Below are positions 25,830-38,700 of a DNA stretch of 64,000 bases, one piece after another. Under the pieces are notes generated by a model. That model was given only the letters and a program-made list of their open reading frames with translations. It was not told where the DNA came from and ran no database searches. Every line of letters begins with the position of its first letter. Within the stretch, counting starts at the first letter, position 1. The stretch is from Stegostoma tigrinum (Eukaryota). The position numbers were made by a program, and so were the translations under genes. The stretch lies in NCBI RefSeq assembly GCF_030684315.1, contig NC_081384.1, positions 31,396,935 through 31,460,934 of the forward strand. The letters are read 5' to 3'.

Positions 25830-25975
25830 GGTGTATATAGGAGGCACTGGCGAGGTGTGGCCATGACATTCGAAAAGTGAAACCAGCTTCCGGGAGTTTT
25901 CAATGATCAGAGGAGAGCAAGTGTGTGTGCTCCCTGTCTGACGGAAGGAATCTGAAAGCTGAAGATTCCTGAAGG
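25830..25975 (-). promoter_or_regulatory. Exon-1A promoter: TATA box, ATF/Jun-like half site, IRF site, kB-like site (also ~17655-17800, 33930-34070, 49858-50000)
   Basis: TATATA at ~25834-25839; TGACATTCGAAAAGTGAAA at 25864-25882; GGGAGTTTTC at 25892-25901. Confidence 0.7.
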
Positions 25976-27496
25976 AGCGAGTGGAAGATCCCTGACAGAA
26001 AATAACAACGAGTGTTCGAGACAAGCTCAAAGATCCGACAATTCCTTCCAAAATCATTTAAAGCATTATTGGAAAACCGAATACTTTCAATTAAAACGGA
26101 TATACGGGCATTATTGGAGCAATGGGTTAGATTGCTGAATTATATTTCTTCAATCAAAACGACAAACAACATTCAGACGATGCGTAAATTTGAAAAAAGA
26201 ACTCATCTCTCGCCTCCTCTGCAACCTTTCAAAGACTGAACCACAGCTTCGTCGTTCAAGGTCTCTCTGCTCGACGGACCGATCTGGCTGGGACTGCATT
26301 CCGTTGCTCCCATTCTGATCAAACTCATTGTAGCCTGAGAATGATCACATCTCTTCACACTCCAACCTGCTCACACACTCTCACTGTCAGCTGACCCCAA
26401 TGACCTGCCCTTAATCGCTGATAACAAAGTGTAGAGCTGGATGAACACAGCAGGCCAATACAGAAGGTTCATCCAGCTCTACACTGTTCAATCTCGGATT
26501 CTCAAGCATCTGCAGTTTCTTTTGTCTCTGCCCCAAGTCCCCCTCTACTTATCTCCGTGCTCATCCCTACTGGACAAAATACAAATTGTAGCCTTAGATT
26601 CCAAGCGTTGCGAGGACCGAAAGCTCTGTCCCTCCGGACATCTCCCTGAAGACTCCAATTGTACTGCATTTTCACTCGGTATATTCATCAGCCACAATCA
26701 TTTCCGTTAACTGCGCATCGAGAGACTGGAGTAAATGTTATTATTTTCCGAAGCAAAAACTGCCTTCCTTGTCACTCACTCCAGCCAAACCAAATTTCAC
26801 CCCTCTCAATGACAACCTTCTGAACCAGACCCAGGCAATGCGCCCCGGGTTTTATATTTGACCCCGAGGTGAACTTATGATGCTTACCTGAATCATCATC
26901 GTCCTCCTGTTTGGAGTAAGCTATATCTCAGACTTAAGCATTGCCCCTTGTTTCAGATTCCGCGAAAACATGCAACTCTACCTTCCCTTCTGCCCTGAAT
27001 AGGCCAAGGTCACGGCTCTGTGGCTGCGACGCCATTCGGCCATACTCCCAAACACCGTTGCCCTGCCCTGACATGGACTAGAACACAGTTACCTCCACAC
27101 CCCATTCCCGTTTTGAATGTACACCTCTGTCTCCAGACATCGTGGAACACCTCACTCGTTTCCGTCAAGTTCCCTTCCTCCTCTGTTCAACTCCCGCTGA
27201 TATATGCCGAGCCGGGACCAACAATTCCACGTCAATCAATTTCAGGCATTATTCTGGTGACACCTCCTGGCCATGCTCCCAATGCAGCACACGGGAAATG
27301 CACTGCGCCTCTCCTTCAACAAGATGACCAGCTGTACACACCACACGAGATGTGCTCTGATCGATTCCAGTACAATCGAAAAAACCGCACAACTTCAGTA
27401 TTGTTATATGTTTTGTCTTTACGTGTCAACAATTTCTGACTCTCGCACTCTGACATACAAACGTTCGGATCTCTATTTGGGGCAGCTGACACTCAC

Positions 27497-27628
27497 CATT
27501 TTGTGCAGTTTGCTCAGAGTCTCTGTGTTGAGAACTTGCTGTAACTGCAGCCTCTCACAGCCCCGACTCAGGCTCCCGGACACCAACCCCAGCACCATCC
27601 AAAATCTCCAAACCGTCGCCAGACACAT
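27497..27628 (-). CDS. Distal exon 1B of IFN copy 3
   Basis: 132 bp, MCLATVWRFWMVLGLVSGSLSRGCERLQLQQVLNTETLSKLHKM, GTGAGT donor. Confidence 0.85.
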
Positions 27629-30600
27629 GTTGTACCGAGACAGAAGGTAGCACCGAGGTGGAAGATGAGAAAGCGGTCAGTGTGCAGTCGGAGCGGATTG
27701 TGACCCGGGAGCGACCGCCTGTGCTGCCGAGTGCTGTGAGTGTGAGCCTGGGTTCTGCTGGTTGCTCTCACCGGCACTGCCATGCTGGCGGCTTTAAAGG
27801 GGCACATTACATTCCAAAAGTGAAAACTGCTCCCAGGATTTTTGGAGGACCTGGAGCAGGAGCGTGTGCTCTTTCTTTCTGAGGTAAGGAGTCGAAAAAC
27901 TGGAGATTCCCGAAGCTGCGGCTGGAAAATCCCGGGTCGAAAATCGCAACCAGCGCTCGATTTGCAGCTGAATGTTGAGTGTGTTCAGATGATCGGGCAC
28001 TGAGCTGGTGCAGGGGGAGGCTCTGTACTTGGCTGGTGGGATTGGGGACTGGGTCGCGATATGTACTTGGGGCTGGATGTCCTAATCCGGATTATAGAGA
28101 CCCCGTACGCGGAAATCCCCGGTGTCACGGCGCTAGTCGCGTTCCCATTTTCCAGGTTGGAGATGACAGGGAGCCCGGGTCACAGGCCTGGCTCACCGGC
28201 TGCTGGCGACTGTCTCCGCTCACATTCACCTGGCCCAGAATCCGCTCCCTCACTGGAGCAAGGTTCCCACTTCCAGCTCGGATTCCGGAAATATTTTCAG
28301 GATCCCTATGGAATCACCAGGATCTGATCCGACTCTGAAAGTGAACCCTCTCCCTTTCCTTTCATCGCTTCTTTCTGCTCTCTCTCTCCCGGGAAAGTGT
28401 CTTTGTCGGTTTCTCTCTGCAAATGTACCTTTTGTCTGTTTTCTCAAAAGCGAAAGTGCCGCAGGGAAAGTGACGCGTTTTGTCATTTCCGAAAGGGAGT
28501 GGAGTTTGTCAACACAGCGGGTCAGACTGAGAGGGGGCAGGACAAGGAACATGTGGGAAAGTATTTGTGATATTCCGGAACATGTTGGTTCAGGGGCAAA
28601 TGTCTCCAAATCACTTTTACTTGGAACTACCACCCACTCTGACAGAGCAGGTGAACTATTTAAATGCTTGAAATGTTCATTTTTATAATTAAGTCTTGCT
28701 GTTTGTAGCTGGAACAGAAACTGCTTTTACCCGAAATAGAATTTGGCCGTTGATTTTAAACTGTTGCCAACGAGAATTCGCAGAAGACTGTTCCTCTTTA
28801 AATTACAATGATACTTAGCGCTCAACATTTGCCAATCACAAAATTTCTTTGCAACCGCTTTCCTACACGCATGGAACTGTCCTCATAGCCAAACACTCCA
28901 GGGTCGTCGTTGGCACATTCGCCAAGTCCTGCAAACTTCAGCAAAGCGAATGTCTGCATCCTGAGAAGGACCAGTGTGACATGCGAGACAAAGTCTGCTT
29001 CAAAAGGCTACATTTATATAACGCCGTTCATGACCAAAACACTCATCAAATCACCCTGCAAAAATAGACTCTTTTTAAAATGTATTCACTTTAAATGCAA
29101 CAAATATGTTCTGCGTATTGTGTTGCACAACCTCAGAGCATGTGGAATTCAGTAAAACGCAGATAACCTGGTTTTGTGATATTGATTGTGGTTCAGTTAG
29201 AGGAATGCCAGACGGATCATTGGTGGGGCATAAAGTACTCAGTATTTCTGTTAGTAACTTGTTTGAAGGGGCGCACGACAAGCAAGAAATGCTAGCGCAG
29301 TCAGCGACAACGCCTTCCCAGGACTGAATGACAAAAATCAGAAAACCATCCAGAATGTGGAACGTCAATGGAAAGAGGAAGCTGATGAAAGGTGGGGATG
29401 TTTTGTTGTCAATACGCAGGATATTCGTGCAAACAAATTCCGAGTACTAGTTATATAATGTTTGGGCTCACTACTTAAACAAGATACACAATTATCAGAC
29501 AAACTTCAGAGTAAATCCACTCGGTTAATTCTTGGAATATTAATGTTGGCTAATAAGAACAGATTTCGCGTCTGGGCCCACGTTAATTGCAGTTGTGCAA
29601 AATGAAATGGTGAAGTTATTGAAACAACTAAAGATCTGGGGAGACTTAAGTGAATAAATGTTATGAAGGTATTTCGGCCTTTGTGAATGCGACAATAAGC
29701 TCATTGGTTGAATATGAGCAATCTCCACTTCAGATAGAGGTAAGGACAATTTCCTGGTCAAGGAGTCGATTGTCACTCCGTACGTCCACCCCTGACACCC
29801 ACCGTGATATTCTTTAAAATATTCAGGTCTACAGTGAGATTTTTGATCTCTAATCAAACCATAACTTTTTGTAGGGACTACAAACCTGAAAAGAACAGGA
29901 GGTGCTGATAATCTGAAACATAAAACAGGAATTGTTGCAGAAAATCAGTCGTCTGACAGCAACTGTAGCAAGAAAGGAGAACTAACGTTATTATTCCAGT
30001 GACCTTCAGGAGCGAACGGGAAAAGAAATCACTCTGCTTTCTCTCTATAGGGTTTCTGCAGAAATGTTTGTTTCTGTCAAAGGTCTTTAGGGTATGAGCT
30101 GAAAATATGGGCGAAGGCCACAATCTGATCAGCTGCAACACAACATTCGAAACACTTGACGTGTTAAGTGTTCACCCTTTTACATGGTTATGCGATCAAA
30201 TATTTCTTTAAAAAATGTATTTTTCGCAGCTGGAAGCTGTTATGATTCGTAGTCGCACTCCTCACTCTGATTATTGTTTTAAAAATTAAAGGTATCATTC
30301 TTCAACCAGTTTCTGCTTTTCCTATTTGTACACGGTGGCTGGTATTCTTACAACCATTATTCAAAATTCACATCAACTCTCCCATTCCATTTATCTCTCC
30401 GTGCAAACGGCTTTCCCCTTCACTGCTCGGCAACCAGTCACATCTGGACATCGCGCAGTTTTTCCGCCGTCTCCGCTTCCCCACCGATAACTCTCCTCTC
30501 CACCTATCTTCTCCTCTTTCCATCTTCTCTCCGCCTCCCCTCTCTCCCTATTTATTTAAGAATCCTCTCCCCATCCCCCTTTTCTGATGAAGGGTCTAGG

Positions 30601-31432
30601 CCCGAAACGTCAGCTTTTGTGCTCCTAAGATGCTGCTTGTCCTACTGTGTTCATCCAGCTCCACACTTTGTTATCTCAAACTTTGTCCATTTTTGCTGCT
30701 GAACCGGAATACAAAATTCAAAGAAACAATCGTATCACAGAAAAAATCAGAGCAGTGGAATTGAAAAAGGGTTGATACGTCTCAGGTGTAAGTGCAAATC
30801 TTGAACGAACATTGGAGATGACGAGCACGAAGAGTAACAGACTGAAGACAGAAGTATCAGTAGCATTGATACTCAGTGTCAAAAGGTTAAATGAGAGAAG
30901 TCAAAAATAGACATCAAACTAGTAAATGTGTAATGTTAAACCGAATTTATTTATATCAATGAGTTCTTTTTCAGTATAAAAATTTCCAGCTTAACAAAAA
31001 ACAATTTACTTCCCAACGTGCAAATAAATAACAATAAATTAGCATCTTTCAGTTAATTGACATATTACATAAATTTCAATAAATTAAGACGTCTCGTCAA
31101 TAAATATGAATAAATTAGAGTAACTGAGATGGGTTTCAAGATTGGCAAATAGGAGTTCACAAGTGACAAGATCAATGTGGTTCAGAAATCACTGAACTGG
31201 AAGTCTGATGTTCCAAAACAGACTCAGTGAAACTTCAACATTGCATCGGGAGAAAACATCGCAACAATACATGGCAGTGAATTAAAATAAATAGTCCTGG
31301 CAACACTCCCGTTGTTGCACTTGATGCAAGTGAGAAAAACAAAATTCTTGCAAACATATATAAACAGTTTCAATGGAAAGTCTTTGAAATAAATATTCAT
31401 TGTTCTGGTCCGCAGGGAATATGTTTTTTTTT

Positions 31433-34400
31433 TCAATTTCTTCTGTTGACTTGTGCCATTATGAAATGCAACTGTTGTAAACGGGCTCTGGTCTCATCAC
31501 GAATTATTTCCCAGGAACATTCACTAAATTTCTAAAAAGTAAGATATTCAAGTAAGTGCATTTGAAAATGAACAAATTAAATGTTGCCATGATTTACACA
31601 GTTAGTTATCAATTCTCATACCTTGTGTTTGAGAAACTTTTCCAGGTTCCTGAAGTAATGCTGAATGGCAGCATTTCTCTTCAGTTTGTGGTCAGATCCT
31701 GATTTCCTCAGGCAGTCTTGCAACTCTCTGAGCTGTTGATCGAGGATAAGACGAAAATTTTCAACCTTGTCCCAGGCCCAAGTGACTGAACCCAGGTTCA
31801 TGCTGTAGATCTTGTTGATGTGGTGCAGGGTTTGATGGATAATCGCAGTCCTTTCCTGAGTCTGAACAAAACACACAAGGTTAGAAGAGACGACATTATT
31901 TCCGTTCGAGGTAGTAAAATGTGCGGATGGATGAGCACAGCAGGCCCAGCAGCATCTCAGGAGCACAAAAGCTGACGTTTCGGGCCTAGACCCTTCATCA
32001 GAGAGGGGTTGGGGTGTAGGTGCTGGAATAAATTTGAGATGTTGCTGGGCCTGCTGTGTTCATCCAGCCTCACATTTTGTTATCTTGGATTCTCCAGCAT
32101 CCGCAGTTCCCATTATCACTGATACAATTATTTCCGTTCGTTTTGGGCTCATATTTAATTCAATAAACAAACAGCAAATAACAGTTAATTGTTCAAATCA
32201 AATATTATCACATCAATGGAAAATGAACAATGCGAGTCTTTAAATCAATGATTAAGATGCAGGTATAAAGGGTTTATTCAGCAGAGGAATTGGGCATGAC
32301 AAGTTAGAGTTTTCAGCAGCCTCGAATTGTGCTGATAAAAGTGGAATGGAAAAGGTTCCAAACGATGAATATCCAGTTCCTCAGACAACAAGAAACAGGC
32401 TCAATCAAGTCGGAGAACTAACAAGCTAAATAGGGGTAATTGGAATGTGTGCCGATTAATTAGTGTGTAACACAAGAAGGAAGCTAAACATGTTTTTGAG
32501 AAGTATTAATAAAAGAAAAGCTGGCTGGTAAGGGAGCAAAATATATGATCCCTCCTCTGTTAGCAAGGGTATCACTGAAGACTGAAACATTAATTTGAAT
32601 TTACTTGCTTTCGAGAACAAAAGTGTTAAACGTGAGAGTAAAGTGGCAAGTTGATGATAAACTCAGTAGGAAGTAAATAGACAAGGAGAAAGTCATCAAG
32701 AATTAACAGCGAATAGAATGAGAATGCTACTTGCTCTTTTATGAATATATTCTGTGTTTACTTTTGCAAAGTAGAAATTCGTGTAAAATCATGCTCAAAG
32801 GAGCGAGAAAATAATAAACATATCCTGTGTGGTGAAGAATGTTGATGGTTCGGAACTTGGATGTAACGTGGAAAGTGCAGCGATAGCGAGAAAGATCCTG
32901 TGAAGCCTGAAAACAGGGGCCCTTTCGCTTTCAGCCCGAACTTTCGAGAGCAGGATGGGGATTTGTTCAGTGAGAGGGTTGAGTTTTAAGCAGGCAAAGT
33001 GATTCTCAGTGACAGCCCTGTTCAACGTCAGTTGGGGCAGCCGAATGGTAAACGACTAATTCACAAAACAGTGGAGAGTGCTGCAGTGATTTTTGTCAAT
33101 TCACTTCAGCTGAAATGTGACAAAAAAATGGACAGATGTTGACAACGCTAAAACCAAACGAAGGTACCTTGAGAGCAGTACTGACAAAGCATGAACTTGT
33201 TCACAGTGTGCCAGTCTCATGCTTTTACTGAGACGGGTTGCGGCGATTTACACAACGGACGGAAATCATTGCGGTTCAACCTCCAACGATCTGATCGTGT
33301 CGCTAATCTCACACATACATTCTCTAAAGTCTCAGTCTGAATAAAATGACTCACCTCAAAACCGTCGGAAAGTTTCACCAGATCCAAGGGCTTAGTTTTC
33401 AGTGACAGCCTCTGCCTTATGCAATGTCGGGGGAAATGACCTCCCTGAGAGGAGAAAACAGTCCCGATTACAATCAGTCCCACAAAACTGAGATGCTGGA
33501 GAAACACCGAACGGTAATTGCACAAAATGAATATCTATTTCTCCCTCAACCGACATTCAACAGCGAACACACCCACTGAGACCCCGATCAGTTGACACTC
33601 ACCATTTCATGCAGTTTGCGCAAGGTCTCTGTGTTGAGAACTTGCAGCCTCTCACAGCCCAGGCTCAGGCTCCCTGGACCCCAAGACCAGCATCACCCAG
33701 AGTCTCCAAATTCTCGCCAGAGCCATGCTGCACCGAGATAGCGGCGAAACTCTGACCGGAAGAAACTGATCACGACTGGATCTGCTTCCAACTCCCAAAA
33801 CAGTCCCTTTTTCACTGAATGAGAAGCTGTTTCCTTCAGTGTCGAGTCCTTTGCAACAGTCTGAGTATATCTGCATGTCTGACAGATCGAGGTCGGCCTG
33901 AGCTGGGTGCTGTGACCGCCTGAGCGGCCGGTGTATATAGGTGGCACTGGCGAGGTGTGGCCATGACATTCGAAAAGTGAAACCAGCTTCCGGGAGTTTT
34001 CAATGATCAGAGGAGAGCAAGTGTGTGTGCTCCCTGTCTGACGGAAGGAATCTGAAAGCTGGAGATTCCTGAAGGAGCGAGTGGAAAATCTCTGACAGAA
34101 AATAACGAGTGTTCGAGACAAGCTCAAAGATCCGACAATTCCTTCCAAAATCATTTAAAGCATTATTGGAAAACCGAATACTTTCAATTAAAACGGATAT
34201 ACGGGCATTATTGGAGCAATGGGTTAGATTGCTGAATTATATTTCTTCAATCAAAACGACAAACAACATTCAGACGATGCGTAAATTTGAAAAAAAGAAC
34301 TCATCTCTCGCCTCCTCTGCAACCTTTCAAAGACTGAACCACAGCTTTGTCGTTCAAGGTCTCTCTGCTCGACGGACCGATCTGGCTGGGACTGCATTCC

Positions 34401-35712
34401 GTTGCTCCCATTCTAATCAAACTCACTGTAGCCTGAGAATGATCACATCTCTTCACACTCCAACCTGCTCACCCACTCTCACTGTCAGCTGACCCCAATG
34501 ACCTGCACTTAGTCCCTGATAGCAAAGTGTAGAGCAGGCCAACACAGAAGGTTCATCCAGCTCCACACTGTTCAATCTCGGATTCTCAAGCATCTGCAGT
34601 TTCTTTTGAGTCTGCCCCAAGTCCCCCTCTACTTATCTCCGTGCTCATCCCGACTGGACAAAATACAAATTGCAGCCTTAGATTCCCAGCGTGGCGAGGA
34701 CCGAATGCTCTGTCCCTCCGGACATCTCCCTGAAGACTCCAATTGTACTGCATTTTCACTCGGTATATTCATCAGCCACAATCATTTCCGTTAACTGCGC
34801 ATCGAGAGACTGGAGTAAATGTTTTTGTATTCCGAAACAAAAACTGTCTTCCTTGTCGCTCACACCAGCCGGACCAAATTTATCCCCTCTTAATGACAAC
34901 CTTCTGAACCAGACCCAGGCAATGCGCCCCGGGTTTTATATTTGACCCCGAGGTGAACTTATGATGCTTACCTGAATCATCATCGTCCTCCTGTTTGGAG
35001 TAAGCTATATCTCAGACTTCAGCATTGCCCCTTGTTTCAGATTCCGCGAAAACATGCAACTCTACCTTCCCTTCTGCCCTGAATAGGCCAAGGTCACGGC
35101 TCTGTGGCTGCGACGCCATTCGGCCATACTCCCAAACACCTTTGCCCTGCCCTGACATGCACTAGAACACAGCTACCTCCACACCCCATTCCCGTTTTGA
35201 ATGTACACCTCTGTCCCCAGACATAGTGGAACACCTCACTCGTTTCCGTCAAGCTCCCTTCCTCCTCTGTTCAACTCCCGCTGATATACGCCGAGCCGGG
35301 ACCAACAATTCCACGTCAATCAATTTCAGGCATTATTCTGGTGACACCTCCTGGCCATGCTCCCAATGCAGCACACGGGAAATGCACTGCGCCTCTCCTT
35401 CAACAAGATGACCAGCTGTACACACCACACGAGATGTGCTCTGATCGATTCCAGTACAATCGAAAAAACCGCACAACTTCAGTATTGTTATATGTTTTGT
35501 CTTTACGTGTCAACAATTACCGACTCTCGTACTCTAACATACAAACGTTCGGATCTCGATTTGGGGCAGCTGACACTCACCATTTTGTGCAGTTTGCTCA
35601 GAGTCACTGTGTCGAGAACTTGCTGTAACTGCAGCCTCTCACAGCCCAGACTCAGGCTCCCGGACACCAACCCCAGCACCATCCAAAATCTCCAAACCGT
35701 CGCCAGACACAT
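31433..35712 (-). CDS. Type I interferon copy 4: exon 4 31433-31531, exon 3 31622-31861 and exon 2 33355-33444 intact; exon 1A 33603-33726 frameshifted; exon 1B 35581-35712 intact
   Basis: Exon 1A is 124 bp (9-bp deletion and a +1 insertion, giving MALARIWRLWVMLVLGSREPEPGL*). Joining 1B to exons 2-4 gives an open 186-aa IFN; that splice is inferred. Confidence 0.75.
31909..32126. mobile_element. Inverted pair of Penelope-terminal fragments in intron 2 (copies 4-8; absent from copy 3)
   Basis: Flanked by attatttccgttcg at 31895-31908 and 32127-32140; empty site near 23900-23915. Confidence 0.85.
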
Positions 35713-38700
35713 GTTGTACCGAGACAGAAGGTAGCACCGAGGTGGAAGATGAGAAAGCGGTCAGTGTGAAGTCCGAGCGGATTGTGACCCGGGAGCGACC
35801 GCCTGTGCTGCCGAGTGCTGTGAGTGTGAGCCTGGGCTCTGCTGGTTGCTCTCACCGGCACTGCCATGCTGGCGGCTTTAAAGGGGCACATTACATTCCA
35901 AAAGTGAAAACTGCTCCCAGGATTTTTGGAGCGCCTGGAGCAGGAGTGTGTGCTGTTGCTTTCTGTGGTAAGGAATCGAAAAACTGGAGATTCCCGAAGC
36001 TGCGGCTGGAAAATCCCGGGTCGAAAATCGCAACCAGCGCTCGATTTGCAGCTGAATGTTGAGTGTGTTCAGATGATCGGGCACTGAGCTGGTGCAGGGG
36101 GAGGCTCTGTACTTGGCTGGTGGGATTGGGGACTGGGTCGGGATATGTACTTGGGGCTGGATGTCCTAATCCGGATTATAGAGACCCCGTCCGCGGAAAT
36201 CCCCGGTGTCACGGCGCTAGACGCGTTCCCATTTTCCAGGTTGGAGATGACAGGGAGCCCGGGTCACAGGCCTGGCTCACCGGCTGCTGGCGACTGTCTC
36301 CGCTCACATTCACCTGGCCCAGAATCCGCTCCCTCACTGGAGCAAGGTTCCCACTTCCAGCTCGGATTCCGGAAATATTTTCAGGATCTCTATCGAATCA
36401 CCAGGATCTGATCCGACTCTGAAAGTGAACCCTCTCCCTTTCCTTTCATCGCTTCTTTCTGCTCTCTCTCTCCCGGGAAAGTGTCTTTGTCGGTTTCTCT
36501 CTGCAAATGTACCTTTCGTCTGTTTTCTCAAAAGCGAAAGTGCCGCAGGGAAAGTGACGCGTTTTGTCATTTCCGAAAGGGAGAGGAGTTTGGAAACACA
36601 GCGGGTCAGACTGAGAGGGGGCAGACAAGGAACATGTGGGAAAGTATTTGTGATATTCCGGAACATGTTGGTTCAGGGGCAAATGTCTCCAAATCACTTT
36701 TACTTGGAACTACCACCCACTCTGACAGAGCAGGTGAACTATTTAAATGCTTGAAATGTTCATTTTTATAATTAAGTCTTGCTGTTTGTAGCTGGAACAG
36801 AAACTGCTTTTACCCGAAATAGAATTTGGCCGTTGATTTTAAACTGTTGCCAACGAGAATTCGCAGAAGACTGTTCCTCTTTAAATTACAATGATACTTA
36901 GCGCTCAACATTTGCCAATCACAAAATTTCTTTGCAACCGCTTTCCTACACGCATGGAACTGTCCTCATAGCCAAACACTCCAGGGTCGTCGTTGACACA
37001 TTCGCCAAGGCCTGCAAACTTCAGCAAAGCTAATGTCTGCATCCTGAGAAGGACCAGTGTGACATGCGAGACAAAGTCTGCTTCAAAAGGCTACATTTAT
37101 ATAACGCCGTTCATGACCAAAACACTCATCAAATCACCCTGCAAAAATAGACTCTTTTTAAAATGTATTCACTTTAAATGCAACAAATATGTTCTGCGTA
37201 TTGTGTTGCACAACCTCAGAGCATGTGGAATTCAGTAAAACGCAGATAACCTGGTTTTGTGATATTGATTGTGGTTCAGTTAGAGGAATGCCAGACGGAT
37301 CATTGGTGGGGCATAAAGTACTCAGTATTTCTGTTGGTAACTTGTTTGAAGGGGCGCACGACAAGCAAGAAATGCTAGCGCAGTCAGCGACAACGCCTTC
37401 CCAGGACTGAATGACAAAAATCAGAAAACCATCCAGAATGTGGAACGTCAATGGAAAGAGGAAGCTGATGAAAGGTGGGGATGTTTTGTTGTCAATACGC
37501 AGGATATTCGTGCAAACAAATTCCGAGTACTAGTTATATAATGTTTGGGCTCACTACTTAAACAAGATACACAATTATCAGACAAACTTCAGAGTAAATC
37601 CACTCGGTTAATTCTTGGAATATTAATGTTGGCTAATAAGAACAGATTTCGCGTCTGGGCCCACGTAAATTGCAGTTGTGCAGAATGAAATGGTGAAGTT
37701 ATTGAAACAACTAAGGATCTGGGGAGACTTAAGTGAATAAATGTTATGAAGGTATTTCGGCCTTTGTGAATGCGACAATAAGCTCATTGGTTGAATATGA
37801 GCAATCTCCACTTCAGATAGAGGTAAGGACAATTTCCTGGTCGAGGAGTCGATTGTCACTCCGTACGTCCACCCCTGACACCCACCGTGATATTCTTTAA
37901 AATATTCAGGTCTATAGTGAGATTTTTGATCGACAATCAAACCATAACTTTTTGTAGGGACTACAAACCTGAAAAGAACAGGAGGTGCTGATAATCTGAA
38001 ACATAAAACAGGAATTGTTGCAGAAAATCAGTCGTCTGACAGCAACTGTAGCAAGAAAGGAGAACTAACGTTATTATTCCAGTGACCTTCAGGAGCGAAC
38101 GGGAAAAGAAATCACTCTGCTTTCTCTCTGTAGGGTTTCTGCAGAAATGTTTGCTTCTGTCAGAGGTCTTTAGGGTATGAGCTGAAAATATGAGCGAAGG
38201 CCACAATCTGATCAGCTGCAACACAACATTCGAAACACTTGACGTGTTAAGTGTTCACCGTTTTACATGGTTATGCGATCAAATATTTCTTTAAAAAATG
38301 TATTTTTCGCAGCTGGAAGCTGTTATGATTCGTAGTCGCACTCCTCACTCTGATTATTGTTTTAAAAATTAAAGGTATCATTCTTCAACCAGTTTCTGCT
38401 TTTCCTATTTGTACACGGTGGCTGGTATCCTTACAACCATTATTCAAAATTCACATCAACTCTCCCATTCCATTTATCTCTCCGTGCAAACGGCTTTCCC
38501 CTTCACTGCTCGGCAACCAGTCTCATCTAGACATCGCGCAGTTTTTCCGCCGTCTCCGCTTCCCCACCGATAACTCTCCTCTCCACATATCTTCTCCTCT
38601 TTCCATCTTCTCTCCTCCTCCCCTCTCTCCCTATTTACTTCAGATTCCTCTCCCATCCCCCTTTTCTGATGAAGGGTCTAGGCCCGAAACGTCAGCTTTT

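Noticed and set aside
25357-25869. 170-aa N-terminally extended exon-1 ORF
   Set aside because: Its ORF start (25869, Met near 25865) lies upstream of the TATA box and it runs through a TE insert; the ATG at 25503 has good Kozak context and starts the signal peptide.
31616-31966. 116-aa ORF read as a single-exon IFN
   Set aside because: It is exon 3 plus read-through into intron and TE sequence; the true boundaries are 31622-31861.
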